Shown here: positions 1 to 13,964 of the stretch, in pieces
Layout: each line of letters opens with the position of its first letter
Numbering within the stretch: the stretch's first letter is position 1
NCBI GenBank assembly: GCA_951406725.2
Contig: OX597831.1
Span: 21,266,001 to 21,330,000 of the forward strand
DNA length: 64,000 bases
Source: Octopus vulgaris
Taxonomy: Eukaryota
Reading direction: 5' to 3'
Program-made: the position numbers and the translations under genes
Notes under the pieces: generated by a model
The model's database searches: none
Told to the model about the DNA's origin: nothing
The model's input: the letters and a program-made list of their open reading frames with translations, nothing else

Positions 1-400
1 ATTGCTAATTACAGGTATTCTTTTATTAGTTCGTATTCATAATGATATTTTAGTATTATTTATTAAATTACTGTTATGGGTTTAAAATTGAAGCAGGTAA
101 GGATAACCAATTTTTTAATACGTATACAGCGTTTTAATTATCAACTTTTGGATTATGAAATAGTGTAATTCACTCAGAATTAGTTATATTATTAGATAAG
201 TTCAATCGAGTTTGTTTTTATTTTGGAAAGAAAACAATATAAAAGCTTTCACTTCTATATTAATAACCATGGAAGACTAGGTTGCTAGTTAGATAATTTA
301 GGTGTTAGTTATAGGTTTACTTATTAAATTTATTTACCTATAATATTTTTGAAAAATAGGGTAAATGTATTTCTTTGTTGTAGATTAATTAATAACGTTA
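1..400 (-). mobile_element. Possible heavily degraded Penelope-like GIY-YIG endonuclease 3' region
   Basis: Minus-strand frameshifted peptides (SFQNKNKLD, NYTIS, NLINNTKIS) resemble the C-terminal end of Penelope-like endonucleases. No intact ORF. Confidence 0.3.
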
Positions 401-698
401 GTGCGTTATCCTTCTTTGAATTAAGATTGAGTGAATGTGATGATATCTAAAGTGTGTTTGTTCCCAGACAACACTTATTTCAGTGCTGTAGACACCAGCG
501 GATTGAGTGGTATTGCCCAGGTGTCGAAATCATAGTGATATCCGTGGGGCATCTGATGACGGAGGATTATTGGATTGTTGGTATGGCTGTTATTGTATGT
601 GCAGAATAATTTTATAACACATCCATTTGATATATATATATATATAGATAGATGAAAGAATGGAGTTATCCATAATAAGATAATTCATTCAACTACTC

Positions 699-738
<40 letters not shown>

Positions 739-1471
739 ATATATATATGTATGTTTTAGCCCCTTGTGCGTAGTAAAGAAATATATATGTATGTATGTAT
801 TTATGTATGTGTATTTGTGCATATATAAGTATAGGCACATACGTGGGCACACGCACAAACACACACACATACACACATACACACATACACATATATATGT
901 GGATATAGCGTGTGCTTGTTTGTGTGTGTATGTGTGTCTTTATTCAAGAAAATCCCATATCAATAGCATGAAACTACTACAAGACAAACAACAAAAATGA
1001 CAAAGAAAAAAATAATCAATAAAACAGCCAAGAAAACGTAAAAGACGCCAAAACAAAACAACATCCTTCTCACAGACACAGTATCATAGCATAATGTCTG
1101 CGATGGAATATATTTTGGTAATGGTGACATTTGGCGTTAATTCTCTCTCCAAAAGTCATACTGCTTCATTGCACACACCATATGCCAACGACAAGAACAG
1201 CTGTTGTGTGGAGAATGAAATGTTAACTGGTGTCATGGAAATATTACAGCATTTCTTGATTTCTGCTTCACAATGCTCAATTGATTTTCGAAATTCTTTG
1301 GATTTCTTTTATATTCTTTGGTATTTCGACGTATTTTAGTTGATTTTCCTGAGACACTATTTTTGTTGTAGTTAAGAGATATTTTCTGATAGTTAGAGTA
1401 TCCGCCTTGCCGATCACGTATTTTACGGAGACAGAAACAAGAGATCGTATTTCTTGTAGAAATTGGTAAAC

Positions 1472-1882
1472 AGACGCAGGAGTGGCTGTGTGGTAAGTAG
1501 CTTGCTAACCAGTCACATGGTTCCGGGTTCAGTTCCACTGCGTGGCATCTTGGGCAAATGTCTTCTGCTATAGCCCCGGGCCGACCAATACCTTGTGAGT
1601 GGATTTGGTAGACGGAAACTGAAAGAAGCCTGTCGTATATATATGTATATATATATGTATGTGTGTGTGTGTGTCTGTGTTTGTCCCCCTAGCATTGCCT
1701 GACAACCGATGCTGGTGTGTTTACGTCCCCGTCACTTAGCGGTTCGGCAAAAGAGACCGATAGAATAAGTACTGGGCTTACAAAGAATAAGTTCCGGGGT
1801 AGATTTGCTCGACTAAAGGCGGTGCTCCAGCATGGCCGCAGTCAAATGACTGAAACAAGTAACAGAGTAAAGAGTAAAGAGA
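1472..1882 (+). mobile_element. tRNA-derived SINE, family A (near full length)
   Basis: tRNA-like head with A box (TGGCTGTGTGG) and B box (GGTTCAGTTCC), CORE-like TTGGGCAA motif, internal (TA)/(TG) tract and (AAGAGTA)n tail. Many homologous copies in the window. Confidence 0.9.
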
Positions 1883-2848
1883 GTGTGCTTTCAGGGAGAT
1901 TTCGCTGATGTACTGTTCTTAACAAGTACAGCCATAGCATATAACCCCGTTTCTCGCACAAGACTCTTTCAACTTCTCAAGCGACAACTTGGGCGTTCAT
2001 CTACCAGCCTAGTCTCTGTGGTCGTCTGGTTGAGAAAAGCAATCTGTCAAAGTATCAGTCGGTCTCTGACAGGTTTATGGTGGGGGTCTCTCTCAATTCA
2101 GAATTCCGGCGTCCTTAGGCCTCAGCCCATGTCGTTGCTCACTGCTATGGAGGTGGGGCTCGGTAAGGAGATGGCTACCCGCAAATGCCAGCTTCTGCTC
2201 CAGTACATCTCCTTTGCCATCCTCCACGACAGTATCTTTACCATTTTGTCGTCCGCGACCAGAGAACCAAAGACCTTCGCATCTTTCTACGCGCGTAACA
2301 TTGTTTGTCCTCCATTTATTGATCGACTCGGGATAATTTACAAACTTGAACTTTAGAGATATTATGAAATTAACTGTCTCTTTTACATATTATCTCCTCT
2401 CTTACACTCACACAAACAAATGCTCACACATACACACACACACACACACTCACGCAGGTGCAAACACAAACACACGCGCGCACACTTACACAACACACGC
2501 GTGCACACACAAACACAACATACATTCACACGCACTTATCTTTGTTATTTTATCATTGAGAGTGTCTTCGAAGTTTCGGACAGCTTACCGTTCATAAGAC
2601 TAAGCAGGCCACAGAATAGTGAATATGTACTCCACAAAAATTTTTGAATAATCCATCAGTTTCATTTACAATTATTATTATTCGGCTTATATATATATAT
2701 ACTCTCTCTCTTTTACTCTTTTACTCCCGTTGTTGTGTTTTCTCTTTGTGTTTTCATGTTTGGATTAACTTTATATATATATATATATACATGTGTAGCA
2801 ATTACAACGTGGGAACACTTTAGCTATTCCAAAGAACGTTTGTCTGGC

Positions 2849-2854
<6 letters not shown>

Positions 2855-2882
<28 letters not shown>

Positions 2883-2936
2883 TGTATGTATTTATGTATG
2901 TATGTATGTATGTATGTATGTATGTATGTATGTATG

Positions 2937-2989
<53 letters not shown>

Positions 2990-2990
2990 C
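2855..2990. repeat. Compound (TATG)n/(TATC)n microsatellite
   Basis: Directly visible tandem tetramers. Confidence 0.95.
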
Positions 2991-3559
2991 CCTGTATGTC
3001 TGTGTATGTCTGCCTGCCCGTCTTTCTGTCTTTGTCTCGCTCTGTATTTCCCTTTATCTATCAATGTATACATCTATCTGTTTTGCTATCTGACCGTCGG
3101 CTTCGCTGTCCGTCTCTCTTACTCTGTATCATTTCATCTATCTGTCTATCTATCTTTATTTTTGTGTGTATGCATGTGTGCATATGTATATATCTTAACC
3201 TCATCCTGGCTTCTATTTTGCTTATCCATACGAGATAATTTGTCAGTTAATTGTTTCTTTAGTCTTGAAAATATTTTTCTCTCTTGCTCTGCATGACGTT
3301 ATACATGGCACTTTAAACCGAATAATTTTCTTAATGTTGCCTAATTACGTTGACCTTCAGTCAATACCTGTTCACCTGAAATGCTTGTCACATTTGTTTG
3401 TCTCTCAGCGAAGACACACACACACACACACACACATGTATGCATGTATACGCTATTAAGTATTATTTTGAATAGTACTCTATTGCAGTCTGGATTAGTT
3501 TGATTTCGTTGGTTCCAAGTAACACATCACTGGTTTAGTCAAATTTAAACACATACGCA

Positions 3560-3965
3560 CATACATTCCTACCTACCTACCTATATACATACATACACAC
3601 ATACCTACATACATACATAACTACCTACCTACTTACATACATACATACATGCATACATACACACATACCTACATACATACATACACACACACACATACAT
3701 ACATATATACATGCAAGCATACATACATATATACATGCAAGCATACATACATACATACACACACACATACATAAATATATACATGCAAGCATACATACAT
3801 ATATACATGCAAGCATACATACATACATACATACATACATACATACATACACACACACATACATACATACATGCAAGCATACATGCATATATACATGCAA
3901 GCATACATACATGCATACATACATACATACATACATAAATACACAGACGCATGCACACACATACA
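3560..3965. repeat. (ACAT)n tract with a recurring ~20-bp ATACATGCAAGCATACATAC unit
   Basis: ATGCAAGCATAC recurs six times inside the ACAT array. Confidence 0.85.
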
Positions 3966-4775
3966 GAATATATACGTGTGTTTGTTTGTGAGTGTTTGTG
4001 TGTGTATGTGTGTGCATTTATATATGTAGATTCACATGCATACATATATACACATAATACTTAACGTGAAAGTTATTCGATGCTATCGATTAGAGAAACT
4101 GAGAAGTAGGCTGAAGCCAGATGTGGAGAGTAGCACGTTCAATCTTTGAGAGAGAGGAAAAAGCTAAGCACCCTCCAAAATACCCTTTTCAGACTAGACA
4201 GACAAGAAAACGACGAGACAGAGGAGAAAGGACGAGAAAGGACAGACTAGACAGACGAGAAAGGACGAGAGAAGAAAAGTGTAAAAGAGATTGCGGCAAG
4301 AGACGAAAGGAGTGGAGAATTTTCAATGAGACATACAAATAAGTCTGGAAAAGATTGTTTGGCTCTGAGTTACTATCAAAATAGAATTTAAATTAGACAG
4401 AGCCAATGAATAAACGATACTAACAAGATACTGAACAAAATACACAAAGTAAAATGATGCAAGTCGAGAGACGTGGACAGAAGGTCAAGGTAATCATGCT
4501 ACATGAACAGCAGAATTGCTCGCTCGCTTGCGTTCACGGACAAGAAATAACATCGTGGAGAGAGCGAAGTAGATTTTTCCAAAATATATAAAAAAAAAGG
4601 ATAGATGAAAAAATAGTATATATAGACAAACAGAATTCAGGAAGAGGTGAAGAAATATACATATATTAATGTATCCATTTATGCGCATACATACATAATA
4701 CACACACATATATACACATATATATACATATATATATATATATACATACATATATACATATATACATATATATAC

Positions 4776-4824
<49 letters not shown>

Positions 4825-4949
4825 ACAAACTGAGACGAGAACGCAAGACATTTAGAAGACGATACAAAAAACACGGACGGGACATTCGAAGCCTTCAATC
4901 TTCAGTCAAAAACCGGATCATCCTCGCAATTTCGGCTGATTAAGAGAGG

Positions 4950-4986
<37 letters not shown>

Positions 4987-5026
4987 ATTATTCTAAATAT
5001 ACAATACTTGTACATCACTTCAAATA

Positions 5027-5082
<56 letters not shown>

Positions 5083-5105
5083 TAAATAAATATATATATA
5101 TATAC

Positions 5106-5188
<83 letters not shown>

Positions 5189-5714
5189 TGTATGTATGTA
5201 TGTATGTGTGTGTGTATGTATTTATGTATGTATTAGTGAGTGGACAAACGAAAGGGCACTCAGCACATTTATTGGGAGTTACATGAATTGTTCAAATCAG
5301 TTTGATTCTGATTCCGTGGTACTTCAAAATGCTTCTAACGGAGCTTCTCGTCAGGCAGGTCAGAATTTGAATTCTGACGGGCCTTTATCAATTGCTTATT
5401 CCATTCAAATATTTAGAGTTATTTTGAAATGGAAATATCAAGCGAATATTCTCTTTCTTTCTCTCTCTGTGTGCGTATACTACACACTCATACACACACA
5501 TACACACGCCCATACGCTCACACTCAGACACATATGTATATATTTGTATATTTAAATGTCTTTTTATTTATTCATTTAACTATCTATACATCCATCTTAC
5601 TCACTTTCCCTATATCTATCTTTCTATGTATGTATGTATGTATGTATGTATGTATGTATGTATGTATGTATGTATGTATGTATGTATGTATGTATGTATG
5701 TATCTATCAATCTA

Positions 5715-5760
<46 letters not shown>

Positions 5761-5932
5761 TTATCTACTTATCTACCTACCTACCTACCTACCTACCTAC
5801 CTACCTACCTATCTATCTATCTATATATCTATCTTTCTATCCATCAATCGATCTATCTATTTATCTATCTACCTACCTATCTTTCTGTGTGCAGCCCTCT
5901 GTGGCTAATAAAGAAACATATCTTTCTATCTT

Positions 5933-5964
<32 letters not shown>

Positions 5965-7467
5965 TGTATGTATGTATGTATGTATGTATGTATGTATGTA
6001 TGTATGTATGTATGTATGTAGCTGTCTGTCTGTCTATCTGTGAGATTGCACGCGCTCCTGAGTGCGTATGTGTGTGTGCGTGTGCATGTGTTTGTGTATT
6101 TCATGCACACGAACACCACTTATATATGCTTCTCTTTATGTGTTGTACAATCGTATTGGCTTACTACGTATTTTCAATTTTTGATCAGATGTCACTAAGG
6201 TGTGTATTGAGCTTTCTTTATTCGTCTGGTGCTAAATATATGTACCAAACTCATATTGAGTTCCACTGAATTTTGCCAGATCTGAAAATGGAGGTTGTCA
6301 TAGAGTTTTATTTACTCCTCTAATTCTATCGATCTTTTCAACGCTGGTGAACCAATCAGCAATAATAATCGAATCTATGATGAAAGGCATTTCTACTATT
6401 GCAATAAACGCTCTATATTTTCCCAAGACTGCATTCGTCTGGGACACCTTATCCAACATGCAAATTCTTCAATAAAATCGCAGTGTTTTCAATATGTGAC
6501 AGCGTGCCTGCTATCAAGTTGCCAATATTGCCATAAACCCTTGTGGCAAATGCATTGTCATTCGGCGACAGGAAATGGAGGATGTATGACCATTATAACT
6601 GCAATCACAACGTTAACGCCAAACGTGTATAGGACGGATTTTTTTCAATTACTTTCGTTATCTCATGATTGTTGCACAGCTAGAAATACTTTATTGCTTA
6701 CGGTAGAGGCGTTGAAGAGATAGGAAAAGGAAAACCGTGCTGGAATAATAAATACATCAAAACATTTACAAAACATATACGCCTACCATATATCTATAGA
6801 TATCTATGCATACACATATATGTATATGTGTGTATTTGCATGTATGGATGTGTGTATGTGCACATAGGCATACGTATATACATATATATGTCTATCTATC
6901 TATGTATCAATCTACCTATCTATCTCTCTATATATATATATTCATCTCTATTTACGTACATGTATGCATACTGACAAACACTTGTATGTCCCTCTCTCTA
7001 TATATGTGTATGCATGTGTGTGTCTGAACATAGATATATACTAACAATATTGCATGTTATAGATATATATTCATATATGGCATGAATATCTTGAATATAA
7101 TTGAAGAAAAATACGTAAGAATAGATAACATATGTGTTATAAAATTAAGTTAGTGGTGCCTTAATATGTGCTTCGTGTTTAAGAAAATATCTTCAATTGG
7201 CGACATTTTTTGTAGGAAACAAATCTAAGGAAATCTTTGATATTCTGTTCACCATACATTCAGTATTGGCATAGCGCGAAGGGAAATTTGCGATGATTAG
7301 AAACTGCTCAAAAATAGAAGCATCGTACGCATGCCCACAATAGCTGCTCCAGATAACTTTTGATATGCGTATGTTAAAATCTATCTTTCATTTCCGTTGG
7401 CAATATATGTGTATTTTAAACACGCACACTCACACACACACACGCATATATATATATATATACATAC

Positions 7468-7866
7468 ATATTATTATGGCTGATCCCTATGACCATTGCA
7501 CGAAGCTTAACTGTTACTGGTGCTGCGATCGAATGTGACTTTTTAGCCCAGCTAAAGATCTACAATGTCTTGTACAAAATTGGCAACTAAGACCTTTACT
7601 GGTAATAGCCGACTGTAGTTGTAACTGGGCTACATGTACGCTTGCATGTCGTTTAAGTCCTCCTGCCGAATTACACTCTCTTCCACATGCCTGGCAGATA
7701 TGATTAGTATGGTGTGTTACACCACCACCAGTGGCCAGGTTGTCACTCATCTGTCTCGTTTTATGACTATGAAGATGACTCTTGAGTCCAGCTTTACTGA
7801 GGCAGGGTCTTGCACAGACATTGCATGTCAGCATCAAAGGAAGACCCTTCCCTCCTGAAAGTGTAA
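7468..7866 (-). mobile_element. 3' end of a probable RTE-type LINE encoding three C2H2 zinc fingers
   Basis: ORF 7514..8041(-) contains CNVCARPCLSKAGLKSHLHSH, CQACGRECNSAGGLKRHASVH and CQFCTRHCRSLAGLKSHIRSQH, then a stop, a short 3' UTR and a TAA-like tail. The 5' side is truncated at a (TATG)n tract. Confidence 0.7.
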
Positions 7867-8133
7867 CATACATACATACATACATACATACATACATACA
7901 TACATACACGAGTAAGCAGATAAATACAATGCAAGGTCGAAAAATAGTACTTGAATACCGAAGGTAGAGTAATATACATTTTATTAACGTTGAATAACAT
8001 AATCTGTTATTCAGAGTTTCATGTTCTCGTTCGTCGATCAAGAATCAAGTCTTCATGATGCTTTTGTAATGCTTTTGCAGCTTTAATAAAAAAAGTATGA
8101 GCATATGCACACATACATATATATATATGTATA

Positions 8134-8186
<53 letters not shown>

Positions 8187-8498
8187 TAGAGGGATTTTGG
8201 GCGTTTGAATAATTCACCTTTGGAAACATGCGTGTTTCGTTCAACATCCTTAAACAATCCTTATTCAGGGACCTTTTGAGCGGGATGGGTTACTCGACTA
8301 GAAGAAAATTCTAACTGGGCCACACCTGCAAGGTCATGTGCTGTTTATCTTGATATGAGATCACAATGTCGGGCACATATGGTTGTTATTCATGTGCCTA
8401 GGGTACCCTTATCGGACGGGCAGTCATAGTGGATATACATGGGCTTCGTATAATTTACCCCAGTGTCACTTTGATGGTACGTACTGCTCTCTCACTCA
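8187..8498 (+). mobile_element. Interspersed retroposon fragment, family F, ending in a (TAA)n tail
   Basis: Homologous in reverse orientation to 26625-27096; ends CTCTCACTCAATAATAA. Confidence 0.8.
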
Positions 8499-9359
8499 AT
8501 AATAATAATAATAATAATAATAACTTCAATATTTTGCCAACAGGCCAGAAAAGGTTTCGTCAATTACATGGGTACTAGTATTTGGCTTAGTACATTATCT
8601 AATCGACCCCGAAGTGATGTTAAGTATTGTATTGATTAGCAAGAATTGAACTCAAAACGTACGGTTCGAGGATGATTGTTGCAAACTTTTTGTCAGACGC
8701 GCTAACAGTTCTACCTGCTCATTACCTTCACTCATTTAGTATGTGATAAATGACCAAATCTGTGTTTCTTATTAATCAAATAATCGTACCGAAGTATAGC
8801 AACGTATTTCTGTTGTAAATGAAATACCTTGAAAAAAAATTTAAAAAGCACGAAATACCAAACAACACCGCATCTAAATGTAAACACAATTTGCGTGACA
8901 CAAATATTTGTGTACAAAATATGAACGGAAGTGAAGCAAAGAAGTGGGGGTCAATTTTTCGAACGAAAAATGCACTTCATTTAAAAATGTCGAGAAAGTT
9001 AATATTTACAAACCGCTAGAACGAACCCTACAGCGTCTTATCGTCTGCCTTTACATTATACGTTGTCATCATAATGACACCATATAATGATATAAGCATT
9101 GGTACGCTTGGTTATGTTGCTAAGTATCTAGTGCATAATCTACAATACTTAAGGCGTGGGGGGAAGGCATATGCAATGATAATCTAAGAAGTATTATTGA
9201 AATAAATATCAAGAAAAGAGAAGGAAACTATACAAGGATTTCTTAAGATGAACGTATCGATATTTTCTGTTCTTAACAACATTCCAGCAGTGGAGCTTCG
9301 CTACTTTGCTAGAAGCAGCCCGTCCATTTATGGACGCAATTCAAAGAATCATAAACAGG

Positions 9360-9397
<38 letters not shown>

Positions 9398-9774
9398 GAG
9401 AAATAGAAATAGATATATATATATAAGGTGGAGAGAGCGACAATCGTACATAACACTCATATATAAACACACTCATACGATCTTATATACATAATGTGTT
9501 GAGTAGAAGTGAGTAAATTTAGAAAATACCTGCATATATCTGCATTATATGAATGAGTACACTAACATATGTTTATGCTTGTATGTGTATATGCATGTAT
9601 GTGCGTGCCTGTGTGTATGTGTGTTTGTGTGTGTAGTGTGTTTAATCATAGATATTGTGTGTCTACATGTATGTAGACACATAGATATTGTGTCATAGAT
9701 ATGACATAGATATTGTGTGTCTACATCCGACATCAATAAATACATGTAGACACACGTGCTAAATGTGAAGGATC

Positions 9775-10390
9775 AAATCATTGAGCAGGTATCACCCTTC
9801 GGCTTCTTTGGAACTTTGATCCCAGAAGATGTAAGACTTGTGAAGGCGATCAAAAAACGTATAGAGCTGGCAAAATCTGCATTTTCAAAATTGCATAATA
9901 TCTAGAGAAGCCGTACTCTGTGCATCAAGACCAACGTTCGTATATTGAACTGCTGTGTCTACCCTATGTAAATGTATGGAAGCGAGGTATTGTGTATAAG
10001 ATAACAAATCAGAAGTTGGTTGTAGAGCGGTGAAATGTATTTCTTAAAGAAAATTATTGAGGGTAGCATGAACTGACAAAGCGCAAAAATAAGTGGTGAC
10101 TAGGGTTGCTGTAAATAGGAAACTGCTACGTGAGACAGGGGCCAAAAAACTGAGATTTCTCGCTCGTGTGACAAAGAAAGAGGGCCTGAAGAATGAAGCG
10201 ATAGCCGGAACGATTGATGGTGGCAAAAAATAGCAGACGAAGAAGAAGTATGATATGGATGTCACGCTTGATGAACTGGTTGGGTGAAAGAGGCACTAAA
10301 CATTAGGAAATGGAACTGTTACACAGAACAAAGTACAAAGATTTGTGGCAGGATATGATCAGTTGTATCCTACATTCTGGACATGAGACC
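9775..10390 (+). mobile_element. Degraded RTE-clade LINE, RT C-terminal region
   Basis: Translates to IEQVSPFGFFGTLIPEDVRLVKAIKKRIELAKSAFSKL, resembling the RTE segment IEQVxxFxYLGSxITEDGRxxKEIKRRIxMAKxAF. Stops and frameshifts follow. Confidence 0.65.
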
Positions 10391-10477
10391 TAAACAATAA
10401 AGAATAGACTCACCAATCAAAGCTTACAGATTCAATTACACAATGACACACAGACGTTTGCATATTCGTATATATAT

Positions 10478-11039
10478 ATAGAAATATTAAAATTACTAAG
10501 TCTCTTTAAAAGAGATTACGACAGCGTTTCTGTAAATTAATAGTTATCGCCATACTAATATGGCATTCTTAAAAATAAGAATAAAGCTGTCGCTGATTAG
10601 CTCCATGAAGCCATCGCCTCAAGCTAGCTACTTGACACACAAACTGCGTCCGTTATTAAACCTTCGAACAGGGGAGGTCAGCCGCTTCAACCTGCTAGTC
10701 TTTTAAAGAGACTTAGTAATTTTAATATTTCTATTATTGAAAACAAGTGGATGTATTCCACCGTAACTAGGTAAATAGAATCTTCGAACGGAGACGGTTA
10801 GTAGCGACACCTGCAGGTCTGACTACGCTGCATTGAGAAGGGGCAACAACCCTGAAACATGTCTGTAGCTGTCGGACTAGCAGGTTGAAGCGGCTGACCT
10901 CCCCTGTTCGAAGGTTTAATAACGAACGCAGTTTGTGTGTCAAGTAGCTAGCTTGAGGCGATGGCTTCATGGAGCTAATCAGCGACAGCTTTATTCTTAT
11001 TTTTAAGAATGCCATATTAGTATGGCGATAACTATTAAT
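10478..11039. repeat. Interlocked inverted-repeat element between TA-rich tracts (probable Penelope-like pseudo-LTR derivative)
   Basis: About 10536-10700 is inverted at about 10876-11039 almost perfectly; about 10478-10512 is inverted at about 10699-10733. Confidence 0.9.
10828..10868 (+). ncRNA. Minimal type I hammerhead ribozyme motif, U3-A8 variant
   Basis: CTGCA-TTGAGAA-GGGG caacaa CCCT-GAAAC AT GTC-TGTAG: 5-bp stem I, 4-bp stem II, palindromic stem III (ACATGT), GUC site. Confidence 0.75.
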
Positions 11040-11200
11040 ATATATATATATACATATACACTTAACACATACATGCACATATACATACAGAGACTGTGTC
11101 TATATACATACATATATATATACATACATGCATACACACATATATATATACTTATACTTGTAAATAAAGGTATGCATACCTACATGCATTTGTACACATA

Positions 11201-11413
11201 CGAGGGGTCACTGAAAATTTTCTGGCTTTAAAGGTGTCGCAAAAGGCCTGGTTGGAGGCCCATCCTTGCGAGTTCTTTTGAAGAGCTTAGAGAAACTGAA
11301 GGACTGCTGCAATAACTGTTAGAATCTAAGAGAAGGAAATGTTGAATCATATCATAACCTATCTTCCTGTATTTTCGTCTATCCACAGACAGAAACTTTT
11401 CAGCTTCCCCTCG
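11201..11413. mobile_element. Mariner-type MITE
   Basis: TA|CGAGGGGTCACTGAAAATTTTCTG ... CAGAAACTTTTCAGCTTCCCCTCG|TA terminal inverted repeats with TA target duplication. Confidence 0.85.
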
Positions 11414-11483
11414 TAGTTATTCATACTTAAACAATTGTATATAAATCTATCTACCTATCTTTATCTAACTATCAATCATTATG

Positions 11484-11569
<86 letters not shown>

Positions 11570-11864
11570 CATCTATCTATCATTTTTCCTTTCTTTTCAC
11601 GATCCCTTTGGTCGGAATTCGACTCCCTTTATTTTTATTAAAAAATTTTTATTTATTTATTTTTTCTTTTCCTTCTCTTTTTCCCCAAAAGAAAAGCTCT
11701 ACTTTGTATTTTGTTCCTTCTGTGTTCAGCCCTACGTGGCCAATAAAGAAATCTATCTATCTACCTATCTACCTATCTACCTACCTATCTATCTACCTAC
11801 CTACCTACCTACCTACCTACATACCTACCTACCTACCTACCTACTCACCTATCTACTTACCTAC

Positions 11865-11934
<70 letters not shown>

Positions 11935-12894
11935 CTATCTCTCTCTCTCTCACTCTATGTATGTATGTATGTATGTATGTATGTATCTATTTATCTATCT
12001 ATCAATGATATTCCTGTATGAATATATGCGTGTATCTGTGTGTGTGTGCGGGAGTTAGTAACTAAGAAGGTATTAGGTTATCAGAGAAATTCCTTAGCTT
12101 TTTGTCCAGTTGGCACTCAATCGCCTAACATCTGAAGAGAGGAGAATTTTATTCTAATTTCAAAAGCGATAAACAAAATTTGTAGAGGAAGCAAAGTGAT
12201 ACAATGGTGCCGCATAAAACACCACTATAAAATTATTTAGCTTTTGTTTAGTTCAAATGAATGTGAACACACGAAGAAATGCACGTGGCAATCCAATATA
12301 TTCGGGTAGAATGAACAATATTATTTGAATAGAAACTAACAAGCCTCATACGAAATATAACTGAAAAATAAAACGCGATAAATACACAAGGAAAATCGAG
12401 ATTGGTGCCATAAGTATGTATTGAATAATGCCAGAAGGAAAAAAAAATGGCAAAATGCAAATTTGGGATCTTATCTATCTGAAAGTAATCCAGAGAAAGA
12501 GAGATAGTGATAGAGATAGCTAGATAGTGAGAGAGAGAGAGAGAGGGGGGAAGGCGTAAGTGGGGAGGTTTGAACGTGGAAAAGATATTAAAGGTTGGCA
12601 CTTCAATCTGTCAGACTGAGAGAGAGAGAGAGAGTTTCTGAAGAAATCTTGAAAGGAATCTCTGATTGAGAAGCATTCTTCGAAATGATAGAGAATATGG
12701 CTTGCAGAAATCAAAGGAGAGAAAAAAGAAAAAAAAAAAACAATAACTCTATATGGTCTTCATACATACGGATCATTTTAACAATAATAGTAACAACAAT
12801 AACAAAAATAACAATGACAACAGCAACAACAACAACAACAACAACAACAAAAGCATCAAAAATTTCTAAACTTAACACAAGGTCAAAAATTTGT

Positions 12895-12956
12895 AACGAT
12901 TATTATTATTGTTGTTATTATTATTAATAATAAAAATGACGATGATGATGATGATG

Positions 12957-12990
<34 letters not shown>

Positions 12991-13045
12991 TAATAATAAC
13001 AATAATAATAATAAGTAGAAGAATAAGAATAATAATAGCAATAGC

Positions 13046-13081
<36 letters not shown>

Positions 13082-13146
13082 TATATAATAATAATAATAA
13101 CAATAATAATAATAATAAGAAGAAGAAGAATAGCAATAACAAAAAC

Positions 13147-13195
<49 letters not shown>

Positions 13196-13251
13196 GCAAT
13201 AACAATAACAAAAAGAATAATAATAATAATAATAATAATTTTATAATAATG

Positions 13252-13313
<62 letters not shown>

Positions 13314-13365
13314 TATAGCAATAACAATAACAAAAAGAATAATAATATTAATAATAATAATAATG
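12895..13365. repeat. (TAA)n-rich trinucleotide array
   Basis: Directly visible. Confidence 0.95.
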
Positions 13366-13532
13366 AGGGGTAGATGGATGAAGAGGCGTAAGGTAGTGCA
13401 GATAAATCGATATCAGAAGTATGTTGTTGTTAGCAGAAACAGAGCCAAATAATATGAGGAAGTGAAACCGAAATCTGAGAGGATGAAAAACACTCAGGGC
13501 CTGATGGTGTGTCAGATAATATCGTATATCTA

Positions 13533-13586
<54 letters not shown>

Positions 13587-13758
13587 CCTCTCTGTCTCTG
13601 TCTCTGTCGCTCTCGCTCTCTCTTGGACATATTGCTGCAGGTGTATTGCAAGTACAGAATTAGAGAGTATAGAAGTATTGACATGCACTAGCTCGGCGTA
13701 TGTATGTGTGTATATCTTCAAGTCAATATAAAATGAATGAATGTATTTAAATATGCAT

Positions 13759-13819
<61 letters not shown>

Positions 13820-13964
13820 TAATTATATATACAGAAGTATAAATAAATATAGATAGATAGGTAGTTTTATATATATATACATATATGTGTGTGTATATAC
13901 ATATATATATATATAGATATCCATATATACATTTATATACATATATGTATATATATATGCATAT

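Noticed and set aside
520-570. GAAA...CTGATGA as a permuted hammerhead
   Set aside because: Stems I and II do not pair in the required register.
4878-4945. Minus-strand CTGAAGA...GAATGTC motif
   Set aside because: No GAAA core in the right position and no convincing stem I.
689-6269. Numerous YI/CV/MYVC/YLSI-rich ORFs here and throughout the window
   Set aside because: Stop-free translations of (TA)n, (TG)n, (TATG)n and (TATC)n tracts.
12632-12665. CTGAAGA...GAAA word pair (similar cases at about 60987 and 28107)
   Set aside because: No stem III or UH site; chance matches.
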